64,000 nt of DNA from Patescibacteria group bacterium. GTDB lineage: Bacteria > Patescibacteriota > Minisyncoccia > UBA6257 > 1-14-0-10-40-38. The position numbers were made by a program, and so were the translations under genes. Below the pieces are notes generated by a model. It worked only from the letters and a program-made list of their open reading frames with translations, ran no database searches and had not been told where the DNA came from. The stretch lies in contig JBBTRX010000006.1 of NCBI GenBank assembly GCA_038064975.1, positions 10,994 to 74,993 of the forward strand, given 5' to 3'. This document shows, in pieces, positions 1 through 8,527 of this stretch (position 1 is the stretch's first letter; the number at the start of each line of letters is the position of its first letter).

Positions 1-84
1 CTTATTGCCGGTACACCAGAAGTAGTTGCTCGCAAAGCAGGGAGTTCTACGGGAGAATACCTTCGTAAAGTGCTGAAACAATAA
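1..84 (+). CDS. 3' end of an upstream CDS (partial; translates ...LIAGTPEVVARKAGSSTGEYLRKVLKQ*), product not identified
   Basis: Frame is open from the window edge to a TAA at 82-84. Too little sequence to name the family. Confidence 0.3.
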   Translation, partial: LIAGTPEVVARKAGSSTGEYLRKVLKQ

Positions 85-100
85 GGTTTTTAGGAGGTAA

Positions 101-128
101 TTGACAAAACTGTATTTTTGTGTATAAT
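101..128 (+). promoter_or_regulatory. Near-consensus sigma70-type promoter (TTGACA-16nt-TATAAT)
   Basis: TTGACA at 101-106 and TATAAT at 123-128 with a 16-nt spacer. AAGGAG RBS sites follow. Confidence 0.5.
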
Positions 129-190
129 TAAAGGAGTACGTTGAATGCGTTTCAGTCTCTCTTTCAGTAACACCTCGTGAGGAGTATTCC

Positions 191-514
191 ATGATCGTGG
201 CAAGAGGATCGAAAGGGCCGGAACACATCGGTGCGATCTTGAAAGGCATGGGTTTCATAGGAGGACCTAAACAGGTTTCCGATCTGACGAAGTGCGAGTG
301 CGAGAGTTTCTTGACTCCCGCCGAGTATGCCTGCATGGACTGTGGTCGGGAGAACCCCAACTTCAGTCGTGAGGAATTCGTACGTGAGAACGGCATCACG
401 CTTGAAGAGCGGCGCAGTGTCTGCTCTACCACGCATCGCAATATTCGTAGGCAGGTGCGGAGGGACCTGGAAGATCCGCGGTATTGCAGGGACTGCAAAA
501 TGAGGATCTGCTAA
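191..514 (+). CDS. Small Cys-rich protein (multiple CxxC pairs, zinc-ribbon-like), function unknown
   Basis: 107-aa ORF with a GAGGAG RBS 6 nt upstream. Motifs CECES, CMDCG and CRDCKMRIC. Local GC looks elevated (~50%). Confidence 0.45.
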   Translation: MIVARGSKGPEHIGAILKGMGFIGGPKQVSDLTKCECESFLTPAEYACMDCGRENPNFSREEFVRENGITLEERRSVCSTTHRNIRRQVRRDLEDPRYCRDCKMRIC

Positions 515-804
515 TGGTCGCTCGCATCGAAAAACGTTGTGAGAATTGTAAACGAATTCTCTATAACGAAGATGCGTTTTGCGCGCAATGTGGAGTTTCG
601 AATTCTTCCTTCTGTAGCCAGGAATTCGAAACGAAAGTAGAAATGCCGTATGTCCAATTTGTTCTTATTTCATGCACGCAGGAACATCCAGGGCTTGCTG
701 AAACCTTGGCAAACCTCACTGATGAGGAAGTGGAGATAGCATTGTTATATGTAGTCTTCTGCTCCGCGTGTGGTCACCGTCTGTTCCAAGAGGTTCACGA
801 GTGA
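514..804 (+). CDS. Small Cys-rich zinc-ribbon-like protein (start MVARIEKRCENCK)
   Basis: Its ATG overlaps the TAA of the previous ORF (TAATG), suggesting translational coupling. Contains CENCK, CAQCG and CSACGH pairs. Confidence 0.45.
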   Translation: MVARIEKRCENCKRILYNEDAFCAQCGVSNSSFCSQEFETKVEMPYVQFVLISCTQEHPGLAETLANLTDEEVEIALLYVVFCSACGHRLFQEVHE

Positions 805-893
805 TAATTCAAAGACCCTGTCGAGCTTCATCGCTCCGCAGGGTCTTTACTTATCAATTTACAACGATCGTAGAAAAATGATAAGTTTAAGAA

Positions 894-1448
894 ATGATGC
901 GATTGTCAAAAAAAGATGTTGTTCTTATTGGATTGTCAGTAATATTGGGCGGTTCTGGAGCTTCGCGAACATTGCTCTCAATAGCTCGAACGCAAATAAA
1001 AAATCAATTCAAGAAAAATATTTCCGCTGAAAAAGCTCTTAGTAAAAATTCATTTTATGTTATCCTTTCTCGCTTAAAAGAAGAGGGGCTTATTGCTAAA
1101 AATGATCATGGGTCTTGGTGTATTACCAAAGCGGGGAATATGGCAGTTTCTTTGCAACGACGTTATCTTGATTATCAAACTCGAATTGTGAATCATAATC
1201 AAAGCATGATCATTATCTTTGATATTCCCGAACGTGAGAGAAAGAAAAGAGATTGTCTGCGCACAGAGCTTATTGCTCTAAATTTCAAACAAGTACAAAA
1301 AAGCGTATGGATTGGTAATCCTCCCATACCTCGATCTTTTATAGAATATTTGCGCGATATCGAAACTATTCCATATTTACACATATTCACCGTTCAAAAA
1401 GCCGGTTCTTTACAGTTAGGCAAACTTAACAAATCTATACGATCGTAG
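894..1448 (+). CDS. PaaX-like transcriptional regulator (N-terminal winged helix plus Cas2-like/PaaX C-terminal fold)
   Basis: N-terminal wHTH-like segment (ILSRLKEEGLIAK...ITKAGN). C-terminal IIIFDIPERERKKRDCLRTELIALNFKQVQKSVWIG resembles the PaaX_C/Cas2-like motif. Confidence 0.5.
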   Translation: MMRLSKKDVVLIGLSVILGGSGASRTLLSIARTQIKNQFKKNISAEKALSKNSFYVILSRLKEEGLIAKNDHGSWCITKAGNMAVSLQRRYLDYQTRIVNHNQSMIIIFDIPERERKKRDCLRTELIALNFKQVQKSVWIGNPPIPRSFIEYLRDIETIPYLHIFTVQKAGSLQLGKLNKSIRS

Positions 1449-1452
1449 AGAA

Positions 1453-2727
1453 ATGATAAGTATGAAAAAAGAAGAACTATATCAAAATTTTCCAGAAAAC
1501 CCGGGCATTTATATCATGAGAGATTCCCAGGGCGGAATTTTGTATGTAGGAAAAGCGGGAAATTTAAAACGGCGCGTTTCCAGTTATTTTCAAAAAGCGC
1601 ATGATTCCCGAATTGAGAAACTTGTAAGCAGGATTCATTCCATTGAATACGAAGAAATGGGCACGGCAATAGAAGCGCTTATCCGCGAAGCGGAATTGAT
1701 TAAGAAATATGAACCGCCATTTAATGTTAGGGAAAAAGATGACAAAAGTTTTCTGTATGTAGAAATTACGAAAGAAAAATTCCCTCGCGTTCTTTTGGTA
1801 CGGGGTAAAAGCGTTGCTTCAGGAAAGCGCTATGGCCCATTTACGTCTGCGACCGCTATACGCGACGCGATGAAGATTATACGAAAAATATTTCCATTTG
1901 CGACTCATCCTACTCCCGAATGGGTATTAAACGGTGAACCGATGCCGCCAAGGACTCGTGCATGCTTTGATTATCAAATAGGGCTTTGTCCGGGAACGTG
2001 TATTGGGGCAATAAGCGTAAGCGAATATCGGGGAATCATTACTAACATGAAGCTTTTTTTGGATGGGAAGAAGAAGCGCGTGGCGACGAATATGGAGCGG
2101 GATATGAAATCCGCTGCAAAAGCACAGGAATTCGAAAAAGCAGAAAGCATCAAACGCCGCCTTTTTGCGCTCCAGCATATTCAGGATGTTGCGCTTCTCG
2201 GAGAAAATGAGATTCAAGATCCGGATGAAAAAATAAAAATGCGAATTGAAGGATACGACATTTCTAATATTTCAGGAGATTCCGCAGTTGGCTCTATGGT
2301 TGTTTTTATAGGAGAAAAGCCGGATAAGAATGAATATCGAAAATTTAAAATCAAAACTATTTCACAGGCAAATGACACCGGTATGCTGCGTGAAGTTTTA
2401 ATGCGCAGGTTTGCACATTCGCGAGAGGGAGGTCTGCCCGCCGCAGTCCGGCAAACTGGGACGAAGGAGGGGTGGGCATTCCCCGATGTAATTCTTATTG
2501 ATGGCGGGCTTCCGCAAGTAAATGCTGCGAAGGGAGTCCTGCTTGCGCTTGGGCTTCGCTTACCGATTATTGGTATTGCGAAGGGTCCCGATAGGAAGAA
2601 AAATGAATTTTTTGGATCTCCGCCTAAAGGAATAACCGAACAAACACTTATTAAAGTTCGCGATGAAGCGCATCGCTTTGCTGTAAAATATCATCGTGAG
2701 TTGCGCGGAAGAAAAACGATGGAATAA
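1453..2727 (+). CDS. uvrC: Excinuclease ABC subunit C, short form lacking the C-terminal (HhH)2 domain
   Basis: GIY-YIG motif (GIYIMRD...ILYVGKAGNLKRRV), a UVR-like helix (AQEFEKAESIKRRL) and an RNase H-like endonuclease domain (GYDISNISG...DEAHRFAV). At 424 aa it ends where the HhH domain normally begins. Confidence 0.8.
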   Translation: MISMKKEELYQNFPENPGIYIMRDSQGGILYVGKAGNLKRRVSSYFQKAHDSRIEKLVSRIHSIEYEEMGTAIEALIREAELIKKYEPPFNVREKDDKSFLYVEITKEKFPRVLLVRGKSVASGKRYGPFTSATAIRDAMKIIRKIFPFATHPTPEWVLNGEPMPPRTRACFDYQIGLCPGTCIGAISVSEYRGIITNMKLFLDGKKKRVATNMERDMKSAAKAQEFEKAESIKRRLFALQHIQDVALLGENEIQDPDEKIKMRIEGYDISNISGDSAVGSMVVFIGEKPDKNEYRKFKIKTISQANDTGMLREVLMRRFAHSREGGLPAAVRQTGTKEGWAFPDVILIDGGLPQVNAAKGVLLALGLRLPIIGIAKGPDRKKNEFFGSPPKGITEQTLIKVRDEAHRFAVKYHRELRGRKTME

Positions 2728-2783
2728 AAAAGACCCCTGCCAGCTCTGCCGAATTTTGGCGAGCGAAGACAGGGGTTGAGTGG

Positions 2784-3101
2784 CTACCAGCGAATAAAGG
2801 TGTCGTTCTTCCGATTGCCCTCAGGGGACAGTTGTCGTCGGATCTGCTTCTCCTTCACAAGGTAACGAAGAAGTTTTTTTAGGTCGAGAGGGTCAAGTTT
2901 GGGATCCATTTCTTCTCCAATGGATTCTGCAGTTGAAGCTCCGTTTGCTCTCAGAATGAAGAAGACTTGATCGCGGGGCGTTCGGGTTTTTTCCTTGCGG
3001 GTTTTACCTTTGATCATACGTTGCTTCCTTTCAGGGTTATGATCGGGGGTGTTTAGAAAAGGACATGTGGTGTTGGAGAGATTCGTTCGCAAGTACATCA
3101 A
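2784..3101 (-). CDS. Small basic protein, possibly winged-helix (likely start at internal Met MIKGK, near 3017)
   Basis: ORF in a GC-elevated patch. C-terminal half (ILRANGASTAESIGEEM...LLRYLVKEKQIRR) looks wHTH-like. Confidence 0.3.
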   Translation of the reverse strand: MMYLRTNLSNTTCPFLNTPDHNPERKQRMIKGKTRKEKTRTPRDQVFFILRANGASTAESIGEEMDPKLDPLDLKKLLRYLVKEKQIRRQLSPEGNRKNDTFIRW

Positions 3102-3273
3102 AGTTTGCTGCGCACCTGAAGCACGTGGCTTCTGGGAGAGAAACTAGCTCGGGGTCATCTCTCAGGCTCATCTTTTCTGTACTGCCGGGAATGGAAGAAC
3201 GAAGTTCTTCGTTACACATAGGACACTTTGCCACTGGTTTTTCCTCCGTAGAGACCACGTTCAGATATACCAA
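3037..3273 (-). CDS. Small Cys-rich protein (CPMC...CFRC), hypothetical
   Basis: 78-aa ORF upstream of and overlapping the previous one. Two CxxC pairs. Confidence 0.3.
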   Translation of the reverse strand: MVYLNVVSTEEKPVAKCPMCNEELRSSIPGSTEKMSLRDDPELVSLPEATCFRCAANFDVLANESLQHHMSFSKHPRS

Positions 3274-3303
3274 AAAATAGTCTTTTGGTCAACGAAATTG
3301 GGA

Positions 3304-3768
3304 TTAAAACTTTTTATTAGAAACTGCCATCATCCAGCGTTCTCCAGGTTCAAAACCATTACGCCAGCGGGGTAAAAAATTTTCTACGGAGATTTCAGTA
3401 TCTTTTCCGTTCCATGGATCGTTCATGGTAATGATATCTGATGAGATGTCGGTAATTATAGCGAAATGACCTTCTTCTCCGTCAGGATTAATATAACTTA
3501 CTACGATAGGGATGTTTTTGTGTAAGAAAAATTGAATTTCTTCAATCGTTGCATTTTCTTTTGCATAGCAATGTAATCCATATTTCATTGCAGTATGAAC
3601 AAGATCTTTATTGAGCGTGCCAAAGCTTCCGACTCTTGGGGTATTTGCTATTTTTGCTAGCTCGTCTTGCGAAATAGTAATGTTGAAGTAATTAAAAATC
3701 ATCTGCAATACTGCAGGTGCACAATAGTCTTCGTTTTCTTGTTTAAAAAATGGAATAAACATATACAA
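3304..3768 (-). CDS. Peptidase C39-like (papain-fold cysteine peptidase) domain protein
   Basis: DYCAPAVLQMIFNYFNI matches the catalytic Cys region of C39_2/BtrH-like peptidases. His/Asp candidates lie downstream. Confidence 0.55.
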   Translation of the reverse strand: MYMFIPFFKQENEDYCAPAVLQMIFNYFNITISQDELAKIANTPRVGSFGTLNKDLVHTAMKYGLHCYAKENATIEEIQFFLHKNIPIVVSYINPDGEEGHFAIITDISSDIITMNDPWNGKDTEISVENFLPRWRNGFEPGERWMMAVSNKKF

Positions 3769-3796
3769 CTATTACTAGCATATCACGCACACAAAA

Positions 3797-3829
3797 CACC
3801 CCGCCAGTTGGCGGGGTGTTTTGTTTATT
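3797..3829. terminator. Bidirectional intrinsic terminator hairpin (CACCCCGCC-AGTT-GGCGGGGTG plus T-run)
   Basis: Perfect 9-bp stem followed by TTTTGTTT. Lies 3' of the helicase gene. Confidence 0.6.
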
Positions 3830-5015
3830 CAACGAAGGTAAGCGCTTTTCCTTTCTTGGATCCGCGTCCGGTTCTACCGATGCGGTGAACGTAGTCGTCA
3901 TACGTTGCGGGGAGGTCATAGTTGATGACGTGACTTACGTCATCAATGTCCAATCCGCGTGCGGCGACGTCAGTTGCAACAAGAATCTTAATGCGGCTTT
4001 CTTTGAATGATCCTAAGGCACGTTGGCGATTCATATGCGTTTTATTGCCATGAATGGATTCTACTTTGAATCCGCGGCCTGCGAGCAGTTTAGAAAGCTT
4101 TTCTACGCCATGCTTAGTTTTTCCGAAAATCAACACCTTACTGAATTCTGGCTGTATAAGCAGTTCGTGTAAGAGGTCAATCTTGTCTTTTCCTCGCTGT
4201 ACTTTGATCACGTCTTGGTCAACGTTCTTTGCGGTATCGCGTGTCTTTACGGAAATCGTAACCGGATTGCGAAGGAATTCCTTAATCAATCCTTCAATTT
4301 CTTGAGAGAGCGTTGCGGAGAAAAAGAGCGTATGTCGTTCTTTCGGAGTCTGGGAGAGCATAAAGCGGATATCGGCGATAAAGCCCATGTCCAACATTCT
4401 GTCTGCTTCGTCCAAAACAACAGTTTTAAAGCGCGCGAGATTAATCATCTTGCGTTTCATTAAATCTTTTATTCTTCCTGGTGTGCCGATGACAAAGCGA
4501 TGTGGACGGCGCAGATCAGAGATCTGGCGGCCAATATTCGCTCCACCAACGCAACAGACGGAAAAGAGACGCATGCCTGCCGCAAACTCACGAAGCTCTT
4601 GGTCAATTTGAATGGCAAGTTCGCGAGTCGGTACGACTACGAGAATATTTTCAGAAGGATCATGAGCCACCTTATTAATAAGAGGAATCAAGAATGCTCC
4701 GGTTTTTCCCGTGCCGGTATTTGCAATACCGACAATATCGTCTCCGCGCAAAATATGCGGAATCGCGCGATCTTGAATCGGCGTAGGAGCAATATATCCC
4801 TTTGCGGCAATATTACTCTTAATGTGGTTATGTATCGCAAAATCACTAAACGCGTGTTCCGGCTTAAATTGCTCTACAGCTTCAGTAATAACAGCTTTGT
4901 TGATAAATTTTGAGACATCAAGGCGCTTTTCATAAGGTCTCCGGCGGCCGGTAAACGGTCTCTGGGGACGGAAAGAATTGCGACCAAAAGATCTCGTCTT
5001 AAAGTTTCTATTCAT
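3825..5015 (-). CDS. DEAD-box ATP-dependent RNA helicase
   Basis: Q-motif, Walker A (GTGKT), PTRELA, DEAD (VLDEADRMLDMGF), SAT and HRIGRTGRG motifs. Confidence 0.9.
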   Translation of the reverse strand: MNRNFKTRSFGRNSFRPQRPFTGRRRPYEKRLDVSKFINKAVITEAVEQFKPEHAFSDFAIHNHIKSNIAAKGYIAPTPIQDRAIPHILRGDDIVGIANTGTGKTGAFLIPLINKVAHDPSENILVVVPTRELAIQIDQELREFAAGMRLFSVCCVGGANIGRQISDLRRPHRFVIGTPGRIKDLMKRKMINLARFKTVVLDEADRMLDMGFIADIRFMLSQTPKERHTLFFSATLSQEIEGLIKEFLRNPVTISVKTRDTAKNVDQDVIKVQRGKDKIDLLHELLIQPEFSKVLIFGKTKHGVEKLSKLLAGRGFKVESIHGNKTHMNRQRALGSFKESRIKILVATDVAARGLDIDDVSHVINYDLPATYDDYVHRIGRTGRGSKKGKALTFVE

Positions 5016-5135
5016 ATATTTTTTAAAGCCAAAGGCTCTATTAAATATAATTAGAGCGAGCCCAGGAGAAGGAGGCTCGCTGCGACATTTCTATCAGTGA
5101 GACTCTAGCTTTGAAGCTATGATAGCGCAAAGCTT

Positions 5136-5594
5136 TTATTTTGTCAAGCGAGAGCGTTTATCAGATAAGGGAGTAAGCTGGGCAGCGATACCGATCGCAA
5201 GGGCGATAATAAGTACGTTTTTCAGGATATATTGGCCTTCCAACGTAGGAATAAGGAATCCGCTCCAGGTTTCTTGAGGGAGGAGAAAAAGAGGCATTGC
5301 CGTCGTTACCATGTGGATCGCAAGAAGGGGCATAACCATGCGCTCCAATCCCTTTATAAGAAAAAGGACACCGATAACCATTTCAAAAAGCCCGAAGAGA
5401 ATAAGGAAAGTATCAAAGGGCATGAAAGAAATCGTGCGCTCAAAGAGGTGCTGCACAAGCGGAGTTGCGGGGCTTACCCCGATAACTTTCAAAATTCCAA
5501 ACCAGAAGAAAACCAGAAAAATGCCAAATCGTGCGAAGGGGTTAGCAATTCGTTTGAAAAAGGTGATGAGCGTCTTATCAATCGCGGATATCAT
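5136..5594 (-). CDS. DoxX-like small integral membrane protein
   Basis: Four predicted TM helices of DoxX/DUF417-like length and hydropathy. No catalytic motif. Confidence 0.4.
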   Translation of the reverse strand: MISAIDKTLITFFKRIANPFARFGIFLVFFWFGILKVIGVSPATPLVQHLFERTISFMPFDTFLILFGLFEMVIGVLFLIKGLERMVMPLLAIHMVTTAMPLFLLPQETWSGFLIPTLEGQYILKNVLIIALAIGIAAQLTPLSDKRSRLTK

Positions 5595-5601
5595 GCAATG
5601 G

Positions 5602-5874
5602 TTAATCTAAGCTTCTAAAAATCCATGCAAGTAGGGCGAAAACAATGGCGTAGAAAATACCGTTCAATGTTGCGAAGAGTAGGATATTAAAAATCCCCGG
5701 AAGTGAAGCAAAATAGTCGGAAAAAGGCTGTATTACAAACCGCACCGGATAGAGAAATGGAATTGCGACAACTTCAACCCAACGGATTGCAAGTCCAAGT
5801 GTGGCGACAAAGGTTCCTACAAAACCAAAAATAAATCCTAATGTGGAGATTCTCATATATAATGATGTTACCAT
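5602..5874 (-). CDS. Small membrane protein (hypothetical)
   Basis: 90-aa hydrophobic ORF, divergent from the ferric-reductase gene. Confidence 0.35.
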   Translation of the reverse strand: MVTSLYMRISTLGFIFGFVGTFVATLGLAIRWVEVVAIPFLYPVRFVIQPFSDYFASLPGIFNILLFATLNGIFYAIVFALLAWIFRSLD

Positions 5875-5877
5875 ATC

Positions 5878-7188
5878 ATGAACGAAATTATGAGGAGATT
5901 CCTAATCTACACAATTTTTTTTGCTAATCTCGCCGCTATTCTTCTCCTGTGGTGGAACGGATCATTATTGTTTTTTGACGGAACAACGGACGGCACATTT
6001 ATTGCATTAGGGCGACTAGCAGGGCTTTTGGCAATGTTTTTTATTCTTGTCCAACTCATTCTTGTGAGCCGTGTCCCATTTATTGAGCGTGCCTATGGTT
6101 TTGATAAATTGAATAATTTGCATCGCATCTTGGGATACACGCTCGCCGCTACAATTCCCATGCATCCGATTTTACTTTCCTTGGGATATGCGATGTCACA
6201 TGGCATTTCACCGGTGGAACAATTTATTGATTTTATTTCTAACTGGGAAGAAGTGAATAATGCGCTTATTGGATTTATCATTATCCTCACCGCCGCAGTT
6301 TTCGCACTTCCTAAAATTCGCCGATTTTTAAAATATGAGACATGGCGCGTTACGCATCTCGCGATGTACTTTGGTATTTGGTTTATCTTTGATCATCAGA
6401 CCGAAGGGGCAACAGTAAGTCACGGACTCGGCATCACTTATTGGTTTGCACTGAATTTTAGCGTTTTTGGCCTAATACTTATCTATCGGTTTCTTCGCCC
6501 CTTCTGGCTATACTACCGACATCGATTTGTTGTAGATCGTGTTGAAAGGGAAACAGGGAGTGTAACCTCCGTTTATATTACCGGAAGAGATATGGAAAAA
6601 TTCCGATATGAAGCGGGGCAGTATATTAATGTTGTTTTTCTCGCGAGGGGATTTCTACAGCCACATCCGTTTTCTATTTCCGTAGCGCCAAATGGAAAGT
6701 ATCTTCGCCTCTCTATTAGAAACTCCGGAGACTTCACATCTCGCATTCCAAAACTTACTCCCGGAACGAAAGTTATCGTAGAAGGCCCGTTGGGGAGATT
6801 TACCGAACGCGCCGCGCGCACGGAGAAATATCTTTTTATTGCGGGAGGGATAGGGATTACTCCGATTCGCGCGATGGCAGAATCTATTAAAGAGAAGGGT
6901 GGAGACATGATCTTCGTCTACAATAATAGGAGTATGGCAGACGTTCCTCTCAAGTCCGAGTTGGACGCGCTCGTTATGAATCGTAAATATGTGTTTTCTG
7001 ATATGGCAGAATCCGGTCATGAATTTGGAAAAGTTACTGCAGAGATGATCGCGCGTTTCGCACGCGACTTCCGTGATCGGGATGTCTACATCTGCGGGCC
7101 ATGGCCGATGATGAAATCAGTCATCGCATCGTTACGGGAGTCCGGGGTTCCCAAGCGGCAAATCCACTTTGAAAAATTCTCGTATTAA
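5878..7188 (+). CDS. Ferric reductase/NADPH-oxidase-like flavocytochrome (6-TM heme domain plus FAD/NAD(P)-binding domain)
   Basis: Paired His residues in TM helices (HRILGYT...HPILL; HLAMYFGIWFIFDH). Then HPFSIS (FAD RxYS-like), GPLG and FIAGGIGITP (NAD-binding) motifs. Size and architecture resemble bacterial NOX (SpNOX-type). Confidence 0.75.
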   Translation: MNEIMRRFLIYTIFFANLAAILLLWWNGSLLFFDGTTDGTFIALGRLAGLLAMFFILVQLILVSRVPFIERAYGFDKLNNLHRILGYTLAATIPMHPILLSLGYAMSHGISPVEQFIDFISNWEEVNNALIGFIIILTAAVFALPKIRRFLKYETWRVTHLAMYFGIWFIFDHQTEGATVSHGLGITYWFALNFSVFGLILIYRFLRPFWLYYRHRFVVDRVERETGSVTSVYITGRDMEKFRYEAGQYINVVFLARGFLQPHPFSISVAPNGKYLRLSIRNSGDFTSRIPKLTPGTKVIVEGPLGRFTERAARTEKYLFIAGGIGITPIRAMAESIKEKGGDMIFVYNNRSMADVPLKSELDALVMNRKYVFSDMAESGHEFGKVTAEMIARFARDFRDRDVYICGPWPMMKSVIASLRESGVPKRQIHFEKFSY

Positions 7189-7301
7189 GGGAAGAAATAG
7201 GTGCTTTTCCGGTTATAAATTGGATTTTTGGACATTATGAAGATGTGATATATACTTATTCCTTAAGGTCTTATTATTAATCATTATTTTTATCGTTTGA
7301 T

Positions 7302-7715
7302 ATGAACAAAACACTAGGAATTATAGTTGTCGCAGTGTTGCTTATTGGTGGAGGTATTTATTTTGCGACCAAAGGTCCAGCTACGGTGGATATGGAGAAT
7401 GGAGATGCAAATGTAGGAGATGATATTGTAGAGAGTGAAATCCGAGAATTTACGGTTCAGGGATCAGGATTTTCATTCGCGCCTTCAACGATGAGAGTAA
7501 GAAAGGGAGATATAGTTCGCGTAACGTTTAAGAACACAGGAGGGATACATGATTTCGTGATTGACGAATTCAACGCTCGCACCAAACAGATTGCAAGCGG
7601 AGCAGAAGAAACGATTGAGTTCGTTGCAGATCAGGCAGGAACGTTTGAATATTATTGCTCAGTTGGCGATCATCGCGCAAAGGGTATGGTTGGGACGATA
7701 ACGGTAGAAGAATAG
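7302..7715 (+). CDS. Blue-copper (type 1) cupredoxin, plastocyanin/azurin-like, with N-terminal membrane anchor
   Basis: Type-1 Cu ligands: His (GGIHDF) and the C-terminal Cys-x-x-His-x-x-x-x-Met (CSVGDHRAKGM). Confidence 0.75.
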   Translation: MNKTLGIIVVAVLLIGGGIYFATKGPATVDMENGDANVGDDIVESEIREFTVQGSGFSFAPSTMRVRKGDIVRVTFKNTGGIHDFVIDEFNARTKQIASGAEETIEFVADQAGTFEYYCSVGDHRAKGMVGTITVEE

Positions 7716-7786
7716 TTAAGAAAGTTGATGAGTGGACAGTTAATGAGTTGAACAGTCTACTCAAAAGGAAACGACACAAAACAAAA

Positions 7787-7817
7787 CACCCTCCGTAAAA
7801 CGAGGGTGTTTTATTTT
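7787..7817. terminator. Bidirectional intrinsic terminator (CACCCTC-CGTAAAA-GAGGGTG plus TTTTATTTT)
   Basis: Hairpin with A-run and T-run on both sides, between the convergent cupredoxin and fur genes. Confidence 0.6.
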
Positions 7818-8284
7818 GCTAGTTTAGAACATTCTTTGCATAGTCCGTAAAATTCCAGCGCATGCTCATGAATACTTTTAAAATGTTTTGACTTTTTGAG
7901 AATCGTATCTTCCAAGATCTGAATATCGCATCCCGCTATTTCTTCCACACGCGCGCATGCAGTGCAAATAAGATGGTGATGATCTTGAGCTTTTACAATT
8001 TCATAGTGGGCGTGCCCGTGGCGAAGCTCCACACGGCGGAGGATTCCTTTTTCAAGAAGGAAAGAGGTATTTCGGTAAATCGTGACCGGATCAATATGGG
8101 GGAGCTGTTTCGAAATTCCCTTAATAGAGAGAGGAAGGGAAGAATTGAATAACAGCCCTAAAATGGCAAGTCGTTGTGGTGTGGCTTTAAGTCCCAATCT
8201 TTGCAGAATGGGAGCGGGAGAATCCGGTAGAGATGGAGAATGCGGTGAGGTTGTTGCTTCGCTTGACGCTGTCATAACTATCAT
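7811..8284 (-). CDS. fur: Fur family transcriptional regulator
   Basis: Winged helix (TPQRLAILGLL), the HHHxxCxxC motif (HHHLICTACARVEE) and C-terminal CKECS, as in Fur/Zur/PerR. Confidence 0.85.
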   Translation of the reverse strand: MIVMTASSEATTSPHSPSLPDSPAPILQRLGLKATPQRLAILGLLFNSSLPLSIKGISKQLPHIDPVTIYRNTSFLLEKGILRRVELRHGHAHYEIVKAQDHHHLICTACARVEEIAGCDIQILEDTILKKSKHFKSIHEHALEFYGLCKECSKLAK

Positions 8285-8295
8285 GTTAATCTAAA

Positions 8296-8310
8296 TGCAA
8301 ATAATTTGCA
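8296..8310. promoter_or_regulatory. Fur-box-like 7-1-7 perfect palindrome TGCAAAT-A-ATTTGCA
   Basis: 15-bp inverted repeat 12 bp upstream of the fur start codon, in the divergent region shared with ORF 8528. Confidence 0.45.
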
Positions 8311-8527
8311 ATTAAATAGTAGTTAATAGATATAGTAGCTAATAGAGTGGATACGGTAGACTTGGTTTTTGGGTTGATGAATGGCGGGTTTAGTCTTTGA
8401 TTCTTATAAGTCTCATAGATATTGCCTCGCCATTCACCAGGCTAAAAAGCACGTTTTCATCCTTTCTGCAGCAAGAACGCCTGGGTTCTCTGACTACGGA
8501 AAAACTCTCAACAAGGAGTAGCTCTTC

